Source: Nitrosopumilus sp.
GTDB taxonomy: Archaea > Thermoproteota > Nitrososphaeria > Nitrososphaerales > Nitrosopumilaceae
Direction of reading: 5' to 3'
Length of the DNA stretch: 64,000 bases
Assembly (NCBI GenBank): GCA_965205425.1
Contig: CBDBGZ010000004.1
Location: 1 to 64,000 of the forward strand
The translations under genes were made by a program, and so were the position numbers. The notes under the pieces were generated by a model. That model searched no databases and was not told the origin of the DNA. It worked only from the letters and a program-made list of their open reading frames with translations. Of this stretch, positions 1 through 9,557 are shown piece by piece; the stretch's first letter is position 1, and every line of letters starts with the position of its first letter.

Positions 1-944
1 ACTGCCTCCACCAGAACCCAGCGTAACATGCTACTTCCTCTTCTTGTTATGGACCCATGGCGTATGGTGTCAGCTGAGTTTCTCACCGATGGTACAATTC
101 CTGCATATGAACACAGTTTGTGAGAATCTGAAAATCTTTCGATATTGTCAATTTCAGAGGATATGGTTAATGCAGTAAATCTTCCAACACCAGGTATTGA
201 TTCTAAGAGTTGTGCGTTAGAATCATGTTTTAGAGCATCCTTGATTCTCATGTCTGACTCTGCGATTCTATCATTGATTGATATTATCATCTTGAGATAT
301 CCATCTATTCGATAGTCATCTAATCCCAACAGTTTGTGCACATATGAATCAGAAAATGCAGTTCCTGGTATCTTGATTGCATTTTGTAAGGTTATACTGT
401 GAATCAAATTTTTCATCCTTGTCCTGTTGCGGACTAGTTTGGTTCTATATCTCACCAGTTGTCTTGTTTGCACGGTATCTTTTTCTGGTACATGACAAGA
501 TGAGATGTATCCTCCTCTTAGCAAATCTGCCAAGATGTGAGCATCAATCTTGTCAGTTTTTTTCTTTGATGCTGCAATTGCTTTTGTGTGATATGGGTTT
601 GATAGTATTACATCAAATCCTAGTTCGTCTCGCAGAAACCTAAACACGCCATACCAGACAGATGATGATTCCATTACACATTTTGAGTTTTTTGGGATTG
701 CAGAAAATGCTTTTTTGATATCCCCTCTGGTGTTTGTAATTTTTTCATTGAATAATGTATGTCCTTTATCATCCATTGTTTCGACCTGTAAGAATTCTTT
801 GTGCAAATCAATTCCGACATAGGTCATGGGTTTTGTCTTTCTAGTCCTAATGATTTTCTTTGGTTTTTTCTTGGAGGTGTATCTTTTAGAAACTATAGAA
901 TCAGCAGTACCATCTAAATTTCGTTGTTTATTCACATATGGTTA
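1..944 (-). mobile_element. IS110-family element A (runs off window start); transposase ORF open from 827 (ATG) or 935 (GTG) to position 1
   Basis: Manual translation: MTYVGIDLHK..MESSSVW..KTDKIDA (DEDD RuvC-like), SIPGVG, YAGIVPSVRNSA; no stop. Its end CACATATGGTTA (933-944) is also present at 23649-23660. Confidence 0.92.
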
Positions 945-1144
945 CAAATAAAGTAATCATAAGATATTTTCCTGCATACACTCCAGACCTCAATCCAATT
1001 GAGGTACAGTGGAGAGAAGAAAAAAATGGCAATGCCAACACATTCTTTGCAAATGGAACGGAGATGAGAAAACACATGCAGAAGAGACTAGATAATGGAG
1101 ACGTTCGAGTTGTGAAATTATTCAAATATTTAATGCCTTAACTA
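945..1144 (+). mobile_element. IS630-family element A, 3' fragment (interrupted by IS110-A)
   Basis: Near-identical to the 3' end of the element at 10171-11316 (YTPDLNPIEVQW; end ATGCCTTAACTA followed by TA). Confidence 0.9.
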
Positions 1145-1741
1145 TAAAACTGCATTTGGGTTTTCAATTAGTTCTGAAGGAAGTACAAAAGTGATTTGCT
1201 CATTTCCACTAGTTCCAGAAATTCTAAAAGTTAGACTTTTGTCATCAGGATTAACATGAACAGCTTTTTGCAAATTTGTATCAAGAATATATTTTACCTC
1301 AAATCCTAAACCATCTTCACTATATCCTGAACCAATATTATCAATTGATTGAACACTTCCAGAATCTTTTACAACATGGACAACTCCATTCATCCAAGGG
1401 TGAAGGCTACAGTAATAGTAAAAATCGCCAAGGTCATCAAATTGTCTAGTATAAGATTCACCCGCAGTGAAAAATTCACTATCAAATACTCCGTCTACTT
1501 CAAATTCACCAGTTTCAAAACTGTCTGCTGAAACTGATGTAATAGTGTGAAATGCAGTATCAGCATTATGCCAAGTGATAGAATCGCCAGGCACTATAGT
1601 AATTATTCCAGTAGTAATTCCTGTGGATACTTCAGACCAGAAAAAGAGAGCACCAGGATCAGATGCACCAGTAGGAATTTTGATTTCATAAGTTTCAGCA
1701 AATGCCAATCCTCCAAAACTAGCAATTAAAGCAACTATCAC
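1142..1741 (-). pseudogene. Cupredoxin/plastocyanin-like blue copper protein, interrupted at the 5' end by IS1595 and at the 3' end by IS630
   Basis: Type-1 Cu ligands HTIT...YYCSLHPWM, signal peptide remnant; first codons lie beyond the IS1595 at about 2670-2684; the ORF stops in the IS630 end. Confidence 0.85.
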
Positions 1742-1760
1742 AGGTAATGCAAAAAAGAAT

Positions 1761-2669
1761 GGTGATTATCAATTATTTACCCCCAACATATAATCAAGCA
1801 ATAATGAGAAAGTATCCACCATCTCTGTTGTTGTATCTCCATTCCATCTCTTTGATGTACAACAAGAATTTACCTGGACTGACACCATGATGCTTTGCCA
1901 TGTTCTCTTTTGCAAAACTCCAAAACCCTTCGATTCCATTTATGTACACATCGCCTTTGCCAAACATCTTGCTGTGGTCTATTGAGAGATGCTTGTAGCC
2001 ATTGAAAATTAACGAATTGTATCCTCTCCACTTGTCCGTATACACAATGCTTCCTTTCTTTACTTTCTTGATAGTACTTGTAAGAAGTGTCTTGGCCTTT
2101 ACGTTCTTTACAATCTCAACATGAACTTTTCCATTTCTCTCTAAAATTCTAAATACAATAGTTTTGTTTTTAGATCCTCTGCCACGATTTCCCTTTCTTT
2201 TTCCTCCAAAATAGTACCTCGTCAGCCTCAATCTGACCCTTTAGAACATCATCTGTTTTGGATTGTTCTTCAAGTATTGAGAATCTCATGATGTCAAAAG
2301 AATGCAGTGCGGTAGTATAACTAACACCAACTTCTTTTGCTGCACGTCTTGCACTAATCCCAATATCAAATAGTTTGATTAGAACCAACCATTTTGGATA
2401 ATCAATATTGATGATGCCAAACTGTGTATCTGAGAATGGTTTGTAATCTATCTTGCCAGTCTTTACATCTCAACTTTCCTCTTGATATAATGTAGTAATT
2501 CTCAGAGTTACATGATGAACAATGAATTGTGTTTTTCTTTTTGAATTGATTGCAGAGAAATTCCAATGCAGTTGATTTGTTGTGAATTATTTTAGATAAC
2601 TCAATTATGTTGATTGTTTTTTCCAATAATTACTCAAAAATAGTTGGTGGTAATAGGTTTACAATCACC
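1761..2669 (-). mobile_element. IS1595-family element, copy 1, frameshifted transposase
   Basis: GGTGATT terminal IRs; AAAAGAAT repeated at 1753-1760 and 2670-2677; motifs EADE/YFGG, YTDKWRGY, INGIEGFW, YIKEMEWRYN split over 3 ORFs. Confidence 0.93.
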
Positions 2670-2764
2670 AAAAGAATATCTCATGTTGAGGTAAAACAAC
2701 ATCCAGTATTTCAACTGATCATGATCGACAAAACATACAAAAACCAGATACTCGTTAGTTTAAT

Positions 2765-4366
2765 GTGCAGACGAAGTTTATTTTTGTCACAGGTGGTGTG
2801 ATGTCTGGCCTTGGAAAAGGCGTAACTACTTCCTCGATTGCAAAATTATTACAATTAGCAGATCAAAAAGTATCATGTATCAAAATAGATCCATATCTCA
2901 ACTATGATGCAGGAACTATGAATCCAGTAGCACATGGCGAAGTATTCGTAACAGATGACGGGGGAGAATGTGATATGGATATTGGAAACTATGAAAGATT
3001 TCTAAATCAAAATATTCCTAAAAGTCACAACATTACAACAGCCCAAGTATATTCATCAGTAATTGAAGCTGAAAGAAAGGGAGAGTATCTAGGAGCATGT
3101 GTTCAGATCATTCCTCACATTACAGATGAAATTAAAAATAAAATTACAAAAATTGCCGAAGATGAAAAATTAGATTTTTTGATAGTAGAATGTGGCGGAA
3201 CTGTAGGAGATATTGAATCATTACCATTTCTGGAAGCCCTAAGACAAATGAGAGTAGAAGAAGGACCAGAAAGTGTAATTTTTGTCCACGTCACATTAGC
3301 ACCATCATTAGATGTAGTAGGTGAACAAAAAACAAAACCAACACAACATAGTGTTCAAGAATTACGAAGAATAGGAATTCAACCTGACTTTTTAGCTGTC
3401 AGATGTACTTTGCCATTAGAAGAGAAAACAAAAAAGAAAATTGCAATGTTTACAAATGTAACAACAAAAGATGTGTTATCATGTCATGATGCTAAATCAA
3501 TTTTTGAAGTTCCACAGATGCTATATGATCAAGGAATTCTAGATGCAATATTTAGAAAGTTTGGCAAAGTAGGAATGGTAAATGCATCTTCTAATTGGGA
3601 TAAATGGAATGAAATTGCTCAAAATATGGTTAATCATGAAAATGATAAAATCAAAATTGCAATGGTTGGAAAATATGTTACACTAACAGATAGCTATGTA
3701 AGCGTAAATCACGCCCTAAAACATGCTAGTGCAAAAATTGGAAAGTCAGTAGACATTGATTGGATAGATTCTGAATCAATTACGGATTATAGTATTTTAT
3801 CAAACTATAACGGAGTTTTGGTACCAGGGGGATTTGGAACTAGAGGTTCAGAAGGAATTATTCAAACAGCAAATTATGCTAGAGAGAAAAATATACCATA
3901 TCTTGGAATATGTTTTGGATTTCAATTAGCAGCAATTGCATTTGGAAGAAATGTTATGCATTTAGAAGATGCAAATTCTACAGAGATTAAAGAAGATACT
4001 AAAAATCCGATTGTAGATTTACTTCCAGAACAAAAAGATATTTCAGATATGGGAGGATCACTCAGACTTGGAGCTAATGATGTCATAATAAAGGAAAATA
4101 CTAATGCACAAAAAATCTACAATATGTCAACTATCAGTAAACGACATAGACATAGATATGAAATCAATAAAGATTACATTCCAGAATTTGAAAAAAATGG
4201 ACTAATATTTTCAGCTTATAGTGACGAAGGAAAAAGAATGGAAATGCTTGAAATTCCATCTCATAAATTCTACCTAGGAGTTCAATTCCATCCAGAATTC
4301 AACAGTAGACCAGGTTTTCCCGAAGAATCTTTTTCAGCTTTTCTCAATGCAGCCTCTAAAAAATAA
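2765..4366 (+). CDS. pyrG: CTP synthase
   Basis: [37 protein letters not shown]. Confidence 0.98.
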   Translation: MQTKFIFVTGGVMSGLGKGVTTSSIAKLLQLADQKVSCIKIDPYLNYDAGTMNPVAHGEVFVTDDGGECDMDIGNYERFLNQNIPKSHNITTAQVYSSVIEAERKGEYLGACVQIIPHITDEIKNKITKIAEDEKLDFLIVECGGTVGDIESLPFLEALRQMRVEEGPESVIFVHVTLAPSLDVVGEQKTKPTQHSVQELRRIGIQPDFLAVRCTLPLEEKTKKKIAMFTNVTTKDVLSCHDAKSIFEVPQMLYDQGILDAIFRKFGKVGMVNASSNWDKWNEIAQNMVNHENDKIKIAMVGKYVTLTDSYVSVNHALKHASAKIGKSVDIDWIDSESITDYSILSNYNGVLVPGGFGTRGSEGIIQTANYAREKNIPYLGICFGFQLAAIAFGRNVMHLEDANSTEIKEDTKNPIVDLLPEQKDISDMGGSLRLGANDVIIKENTNAQKIYNMSTISKRHRHRYEINKDYIPEFEKNGLIFSAYSDEGKRMEMLEIPSHKFYLGVQFHPEFNSRPGFPEESFSAFLNAASKK

Positions 4367-4444
4367 TTTTAATATAAAAAAATTCCAAAAATGAGAATTT
4401 ATGAAATTATGTAAATAGCTTACAAAAAGATCAAATGCAATCAT

Positions 4445-5517
4445 ATGGCAGAGTGTAAGGAATGTGGTAGTGTATACGAAGCTGGGGTCAGAGAATTTTG
4501 CTCTGAAAAATGTTTTAAAAAAAATTGGTGATTGTAAACCTATTACCACCAACTATTTTTGAGTAATTATTGGAAAAAACAATCAACATAATTGAGTTAT
4601 CTAAAATAATTCACAACAAATCAACTGCATTGGAATTTCTCTGCAATCAATTCAAAAAGAAAAACACAATTCATTGTTCATCATGTAACTCTGAGAATTA
4701 CTACATTATATCAAGAGGAAAGTTGAGATGTAAAGACTGGCAAGATAGATTACAAACCATTCTCAGATACACAGTTTGGCATCATCAATATTGATTATCC
4801 AAAATGGTTGGTTCTAATCAAACTATTTGATATTGGGATTAGTGCAAGACGTGCAGCAAAAGAAGTTGGTGTTAGTTATACTACCGCACTGCATTCTTTT
4901 GACATCATGAGATTCTCAATACTTGAAGAACAATCCAAAACAGATGATGTTCTAAAGGGTCAGATTGAGGCTGACGAGGTACTATTTTGGAGGAAAAAGA
5001 AAGGGAAATCGTGGCAGAGGATCTAAAAACAAAACTATTGTATTTAGAATTTTAGAGAGAAATGGAAAAGTTCATGTTGAGATTGTAAAGAACGTAAAGG
5101 CCAAGACACTTCTTACAAGTACTATCAAGAAAGTAAAGAAAGGAAGCATTGTGTATACGGACAAGTGGAGAGGATACAATTCGTTAATTTTCAATGGCTA
5201 CAAGCATCTCTCAATAGACCACAGCAAGATGTTTGGCAAAGGCGATGTGTACATAAATGGAATCGAAGGGTTTTGGAGTTTTGCAAAAGAGAACATGGCA
5301 AAGCATCATGGTGTCAGTCCAGGTAAATTCTTGTTGTACATCAAAGAGATGGAATGGAGATACAACAACAGAGATGGTGGATACTTTCTCATTATTGCTT
5401 GATTATATGTTGGGGGTAAATAATTGATAATCACCAAAAAATATTCAAAAACGAATTAACGATGCTACTGAAAAAGAAAGTTCACATCCCAATAAATTTT
5501 CCAAATCAGATGCTTGA
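4445..5517 (+). pseudogene. Small zinc-binding protein (MAECKECG...FCSEKCFKKNIQKR...) split by IS1595 copy 2
   Basis: Removing 4527-5435 and one target repeat restores a single frame ending at TGA 5515-5517; CxxC...CSxxC. Confidence 0.75.
4527..5435 (+). mobile_element. IS1595-family element, copy 2 (inverted; same ORF translations as copy 1)
   Basis: Same IRs and same three ORF fragments; A-rich imperfect target repeat. Confidence 0.93.
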
Positions 5518-5521
5518 AAAG

Positions 5522-6535
5522 CTATTCAATTTTTGAAATTTCATAAATTTTCTGCCTAGCATCCCGGATTGAAACCTTCTTTTTGACATATCCTTTTTTC
5601 AAAAGATGACTTAGTGCTAAACGTACAGTTCTGTCTGGAAGTAATGTCTTATTGGCTAGATCTTTCTGAGTTAATGCACCTTCATATTCCAATGTCTTCA
5701 AAAGTAACTTGGAACTTGGAGGCATACTAAGTAGTTCTTCAGCAAGATGTACTTTTTTAGCAAGAGCAGAAATTGCAGTTGAATCTTTTTTGAGTCGAAT
5801 AATTTTTGCAGGAGGGAAAAATTGAGTACACTCAACAGTTTTGGTTACTTTGTATCTGTCCAACCCATCTAAAACCACTTCACAATGTAATCTTGCAGAG
5901 ATATCATCAATTTCAATAGAACTATCATTTGATACAATGATAGGTCTACGAGTTACATCAAGTGAATTTACAGAAATTATTTCAAATACGGCTGAATCTT
6001 GAAACAATACTGGGCCACCAGCGGACATGGAATAGGCAGATGAACCAATTGGAGTAGATACAATTATTCCATCACTATTATCGTGCCACACCTCATCACC
6101 ATTTACTCGGAGAGTATGCTCCATTAGCATTGCACTTTTAGAGGAAAAAACTGCAACGTCATTTAATACAGGATAAACATTTTTGCCATCAATTTTTACT
6201 CCAAGTCTTGGAACTTCTTCCACAGTATAATTTTGTTTTTTTAACATGTTGACATATGTAGAAAATTCTCTAAGTTCAATTTGAGCTAAAAAACCACTTG
6301 CTTCACCTTCACTAATACCCAATACAGGTAAAGTTGAATCAAAAGTTCTATGAAAATAGTTTCTAACACCCTTATCTCCACCTAAAACAATAATGCAATC
6401 TGCTTGCTTACTCTTTGATTTTGTAATTGGAAATGATTTGATTTCAGAGTCATCTAGGATTTTTTTAATATTCTTTGCAGCAGATTCTGTACTTCCAGAA
6501 CCGTAAATACCTATTTGCATAGAAGAAACAGTCAA
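5522..6535 (-). CDS. nadK: NAD kinase with C-terminal winged HTH
   Basis: VLGGDKG, LND, DGIIVSTPIGSSAYSMSAGG; C-terminal LTQKDLA..LPDRTVRLAL. Confidence 0.85.
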   Translation of the reverse strand: MTVSSMQIGIYGSGSTESAAKNIKKILDDSEIKSFPITKSKSKQADCIIVLGGDKGVRNYFHRTFDSTLPVLGISEGEASGFLAQIELREFSTYVNMLKKQNYTVEEVPRLGVKIDGKNVYPVLNDVAVFSSKSAMLMEHTLRVNGDEVWHDNSDGIIVSTPIGSSAYSMSAGGPVLFQDSAVFEIISVNSLDVTRRPIIVSNDSSIEIDDISARLHCEVVLDGLDRYKVTKTVECTQFFPPAKIIRLKKDSTAISALAKKVHLAEELLSMPPSSKLLLKTLEYEGALTQKDLANKTLLPDRTVRLALSHLLKKGYVKKKVSIRDARQKIYEISKIE

Positions 6536-6628
6536 TTCGGTTCAATAAAAGAATATTCGATGTTTTATACGTATATTATTTGGATCTAGTAACAATATTC
6601 AAAAAAATTTTCAATAAAACTGGAAAAA

Positions 6629-7249
6629 TTACTCACCATAAACTGTTTGAAGAACAGTACTATTCATAATTACTTCTTGTGTAAATTGTACATTAACAGT
6701 TACTTTATTGTGAAAGTCAATATTCACATTGTCAAATAATGATTTGTATCTATCAACTACACGTCCATTTGAAGTCAAATCAGAACCAGATTTAATCAAT
6801 AATCCATCTTCAATTAAAGAATTAATTTTTCTATATCCAGATGTTTTTGGAATATCTAACTTTTCTAAAATTTCAGATATAGTCCAAGGTTCGCCAATGG
6901 AAGCATTAAGGATTTTTGACATCTCATCATCACTAAATGCTTTCAAAATTGATTGACTAATTGATGAATCAGATATCGTAAATCTTTTTTCGGCTTTATC
7001 TTTTTTAGATTTAACACTGCAAATTCCATCGAGGAATTTCTTCTCAAGACCTTCAGCTCCTGCACCAAAAAATTCTCTTAAAACAGAATCAAATTTTGTG
7101 AATTCTTTAATGGACTGAGTAATAGAAATACCATATTTTTCAAATAATCGATTTTGAATACTATGATAGGTTGTATCACCAAGATTAGTACGAATCATCT
7201 TTTCAATAGATAATGCAAAAAAGGTGTCCATCTCAGTCATCATGTTCAC
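6629..7249 (-). CDS. Winged-HTH transcriptional regulator (thaumarchaeal type)
   Basis: TISEILEKLDIPKTSGYRKINSLIEDGLL. Confidence 0.8.
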   Translation of the reverse strand: MNMMTEMDTFFALSIEKMIRTNLGDTTYHSIQNRLFEKYGISITQSIKEFTKFDSVLREFFGAGAEGLEKKFLDGICSVKSKKDKAEKRFTISDSSISQSILKAFSDDEMSKILNASIGEPWTISEILEKLDIPKTSGYRKINSLIEDGLLIKSGSDLTSNGRVVDRYKSLFDNVNIDFHNKVTVNVQFTQEVIMNSTVLQTVYGE

Positions 7250-7300
7250 CTAGTATTACTTTCATATTAATTTTCAATGTATTGAAGGTAAATTTAGGAG

Positions 7301-7906
7301 TCAACTACGCACAACTTCAGATAACTTACGAATATGACTAGTGTCATTTTGAACGGCCAAATCAAGAGCTTTTTGCATTTCATCTTGATAGGATTCTAGA
7401 TTTTTTTCAGTGTTTACAACAATACATTCAGAAATAATTGGCAATTTTTTGAAATTTCTATATTGCTCATAAGTTACAGTACAAGAGTAAACATCCAGAT
7501 CATCCTCAAATCTATATTGAATTTCGAAAGGAGAAGGTAATCCAGATTCATCCAAGAAAACATCTGTGAGAACTTGTTTTATTTCATGAGCATCAAAGGG
7601 CTTTTGAATTACTGGCACATTTAACAAAGAGAGGAGATTACGATTATCAACGTTTAACTCTCCTGTAATTACGACTATTTTGGCATTAGGGAAAACGTCT
7701 TTGGTAGTCTCAACCACATAAACTCCATCAAAGTGTGGCATTTGTAAATCTGTAAAAACCAAATCAGGTTTGACTTGTTCATATAGTTTTAACGCATTTT
7801 TGCCGCTGTTATCAGTAGCAAGAATATCTACATTCAGGACGTTTAGTAAATCGGAAAAGACATCAACAATATCTTGATCATCATCAATAATCATGCAACT
7901 AACCAT
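7301..7906 (-). CDS. Response regulator receiver (CheY-like) with C-terminal extension
   Basis: IIDDD, PDLVFTDLQMPHFDG, VITG, QKPF. Confidence 0.9.
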   Translation of the reverse strand: MVSCMIIDDDQDIVDVFSDLLNVLNVDILATDNSGKNALKLYEQVKPDLVFTDLQMPHFDGVYVVETTKDVFPNAKIVVITGELNVDNRNLLSLLNVPVIQKPFDAHEIKQVLTDVFLDESGLPSPFEIQYRFEDDLDVYSCTVTYEQYRNFKKLPIISECIVVNTEKNLESYQDEMQKALDLAVQNDTSHIRKLSEVVRS

Positions 7907-7984
7907 GATGACATCTCCTAAATTTTATCTTCATATTATATTCTGATATGTTATTCATACTTTTTATTATTATCTTATCGTATT

Positions 7985-8004
7985 AATTCCCGTTTTTGGG
8001 AATT
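7985..8004. promoter_or_regulatory. Candidate operator AATTCCC-N6-GGGAATT upstream of the RR-wHTH pair
   Basis: Perfect 7-bp inverted repeat about 80 bp upstream of the 7906 start. Confidence 0.45.
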
Positions 8005-8136
8005 TTATGACCATCAGGGTAAATAATTCATGCTCAAAATTAGCCATTTATTCAAATTGCTTGTTCCATTCTTTGGCCCATTTATTTACAAAATATGTAA
8101 TTGTAGGAAGGTAAATTGCCGAAAAAATTAGAATTA

Positions 8137-8211
8137 GGTGATTATCAATTATTCACCACCAAGACATAATCTAACAATAATGAGAAAGTATCCACCATCT
8201 CTGTTGTTGTA
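8137..8211 (-). mobile_element. IS1595 right-end fragment (diverged)
   Basis: GGTGATTATCAATTATT IR plus the last transposase codons, cut at a TA by the MITE. Confidence 0.85.
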
Positions 8212-8342
8212 TAGCGAAAAGATAAAGTTCGTGAACTAAAAATCATCAAAAAACTAGAGATTAGATGATTTTACCTAAGGTAAATACGAATAAACAATCT
8301 GAAACACCTTGAAAATAGTTCATGAACATATGCTTCTCGCTA
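8212..8342 (+). mobile_element. 131-bp IS630-derived MITE, copy 1
   Basis: IRs TAGCGAAAAG/TAGCGAGAAG, TA on both sides, no transposase; repeated at 22891, 54234, 63703. Confidence 0.9.
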
Positions 8343-8848
8343 TACAAAAAGAGTACAGTTACGCAGGAATTTCCTAAAAGTTGTTGTTTGTGCTGACATG
8401 AATACACAGCTTGTTTGCTGTGTCATGACACACCACAACATGCAACATGATAATCCTGATTTTCTGCCATTGTTGTACAAAACCAACAATATTGTTCCAG
8501 TTGATATTGTGTTAGGTGACATGGGTTTTGATGATGAGAATAACCATGTTGGTGCAGAACAGATCAACACAGCTGCAATGATTCCAACTCGATATAGAAC
8601 AGTTCCAATTTACAGAACCAGCGGAATTCACAGAAAGGAGATGAAGAGGAACTTTCCTGTACAATTGTACCATCAGAGAAACAAATCTGAAACAATCTTT
8701 TTTGTGATCAAACAGATAATGTCAGGAGATGTCACATCAAGAAATGTTACAACTCAGGACAATGAGATGTTGTACAGGTTAATTGCATACAATGCTTACA
8801 GGATTAGAAAATTAGATTTTGTTATTTTATTATGGTTTCTACAAGGCC
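8343..8848 (+). mobile_element. IS5-family element A, 3' half
   Basis: Near-identical to about 17320-17825; ends in TTTCTACAAGGCC. Confidence 0.9.
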
Positions 8849-8966
8849 AAGACAAATATGTGTACGATTATTTCTAGAATGTACAACTCTATTTGAAGAT
8901 TTTTACTCTGCTCAAAACTGAGATGAATGTTAACATTTCATCAATGGGACTTTTGTAGTATTGTTA

Positions 8967-9299
8967 TTATTTTCTAAATAATCTGCCAAAAAACGATTTC
9001 CTCTTTTTAGGTGGAATGATTTCAGAGTCTCTTTCTGGTTTGGATAGTGCCTTATCTACAATCTCATCTAGTGTATCATCCGATATTATTTTCTTAGTCT
9101 TTTTCTTGCCTGACAGTGTCTCTAATTTTTTCTCAAAGGTTTCATACTTTTGTATCAGGTATCGCTCATCGGTGTTGTATAGTGGTTTGTTTTTCTCTAT
9201 ACACTCCAGGATGAATTCCAGCCTGCCTTTATCACCAATTCCTGCATTGAGCAGGTCAGTTGCCATGATATGATAATCAGTATTTGGTTTCAATTTCAT
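8967..9299 (-). CDS. Hypothetical protein
   Basis: 110-aa ORF, plausible composition (GIGDKGRLEFI..KPLYNTD..YL). Confidence 0.7.
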   Translation of the reverse strand: MKLKPNTDYHIMATDLLNAGIGDKGRLEFILECIEKNKPLYNTDERYLIQKYETFEKKLETLSGKKKTKKIISDDTLDEIVDKALSKPERDSEIIPPKKRKSFFGRLFRK

Positions 9300-9557
9300 T
9301 TCTAATCCATTTGCAGTTTATATTTTTAATCCTCAATAATCTTACAATCAATGTTTCATGGGATAATTCTTGACTAAAATTACATTCATAGAAGGCAAAG
9401 CCAAAAAATATGTGATTCCACTGGGAGCATAACAGAGTTTAACATGACATATTTTTCTTGTTGATCTTAACGTTTGTCCTATCTTTTCCGGAAAAGAAGT
9501 ATCCATGAAATGATAATACTGTATAAATATTGGTAATTTCGATAGTGGCACAATAAC

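Noticed and set aside
377..643. Short ORFs antisense to transposases and core genes (e.g. 377-643, 15339-15845, 20098-20619, 59778-60176)
   Set aside because: Shadow frames of well-supported genes with no motifs
1761..5435. Composite transposon or inversion carrying pyrG between two inverted IS1595 copies
   Set aside because: Each copy has its own target repeat and interrupts its own gene, whose halves lie in the original order, so these are independent insertions
5522..6535. NAD kinase-wHTH fusion as a novelty
   Set aside because: To my knowledge this is the usual thaumarchaeal architecture
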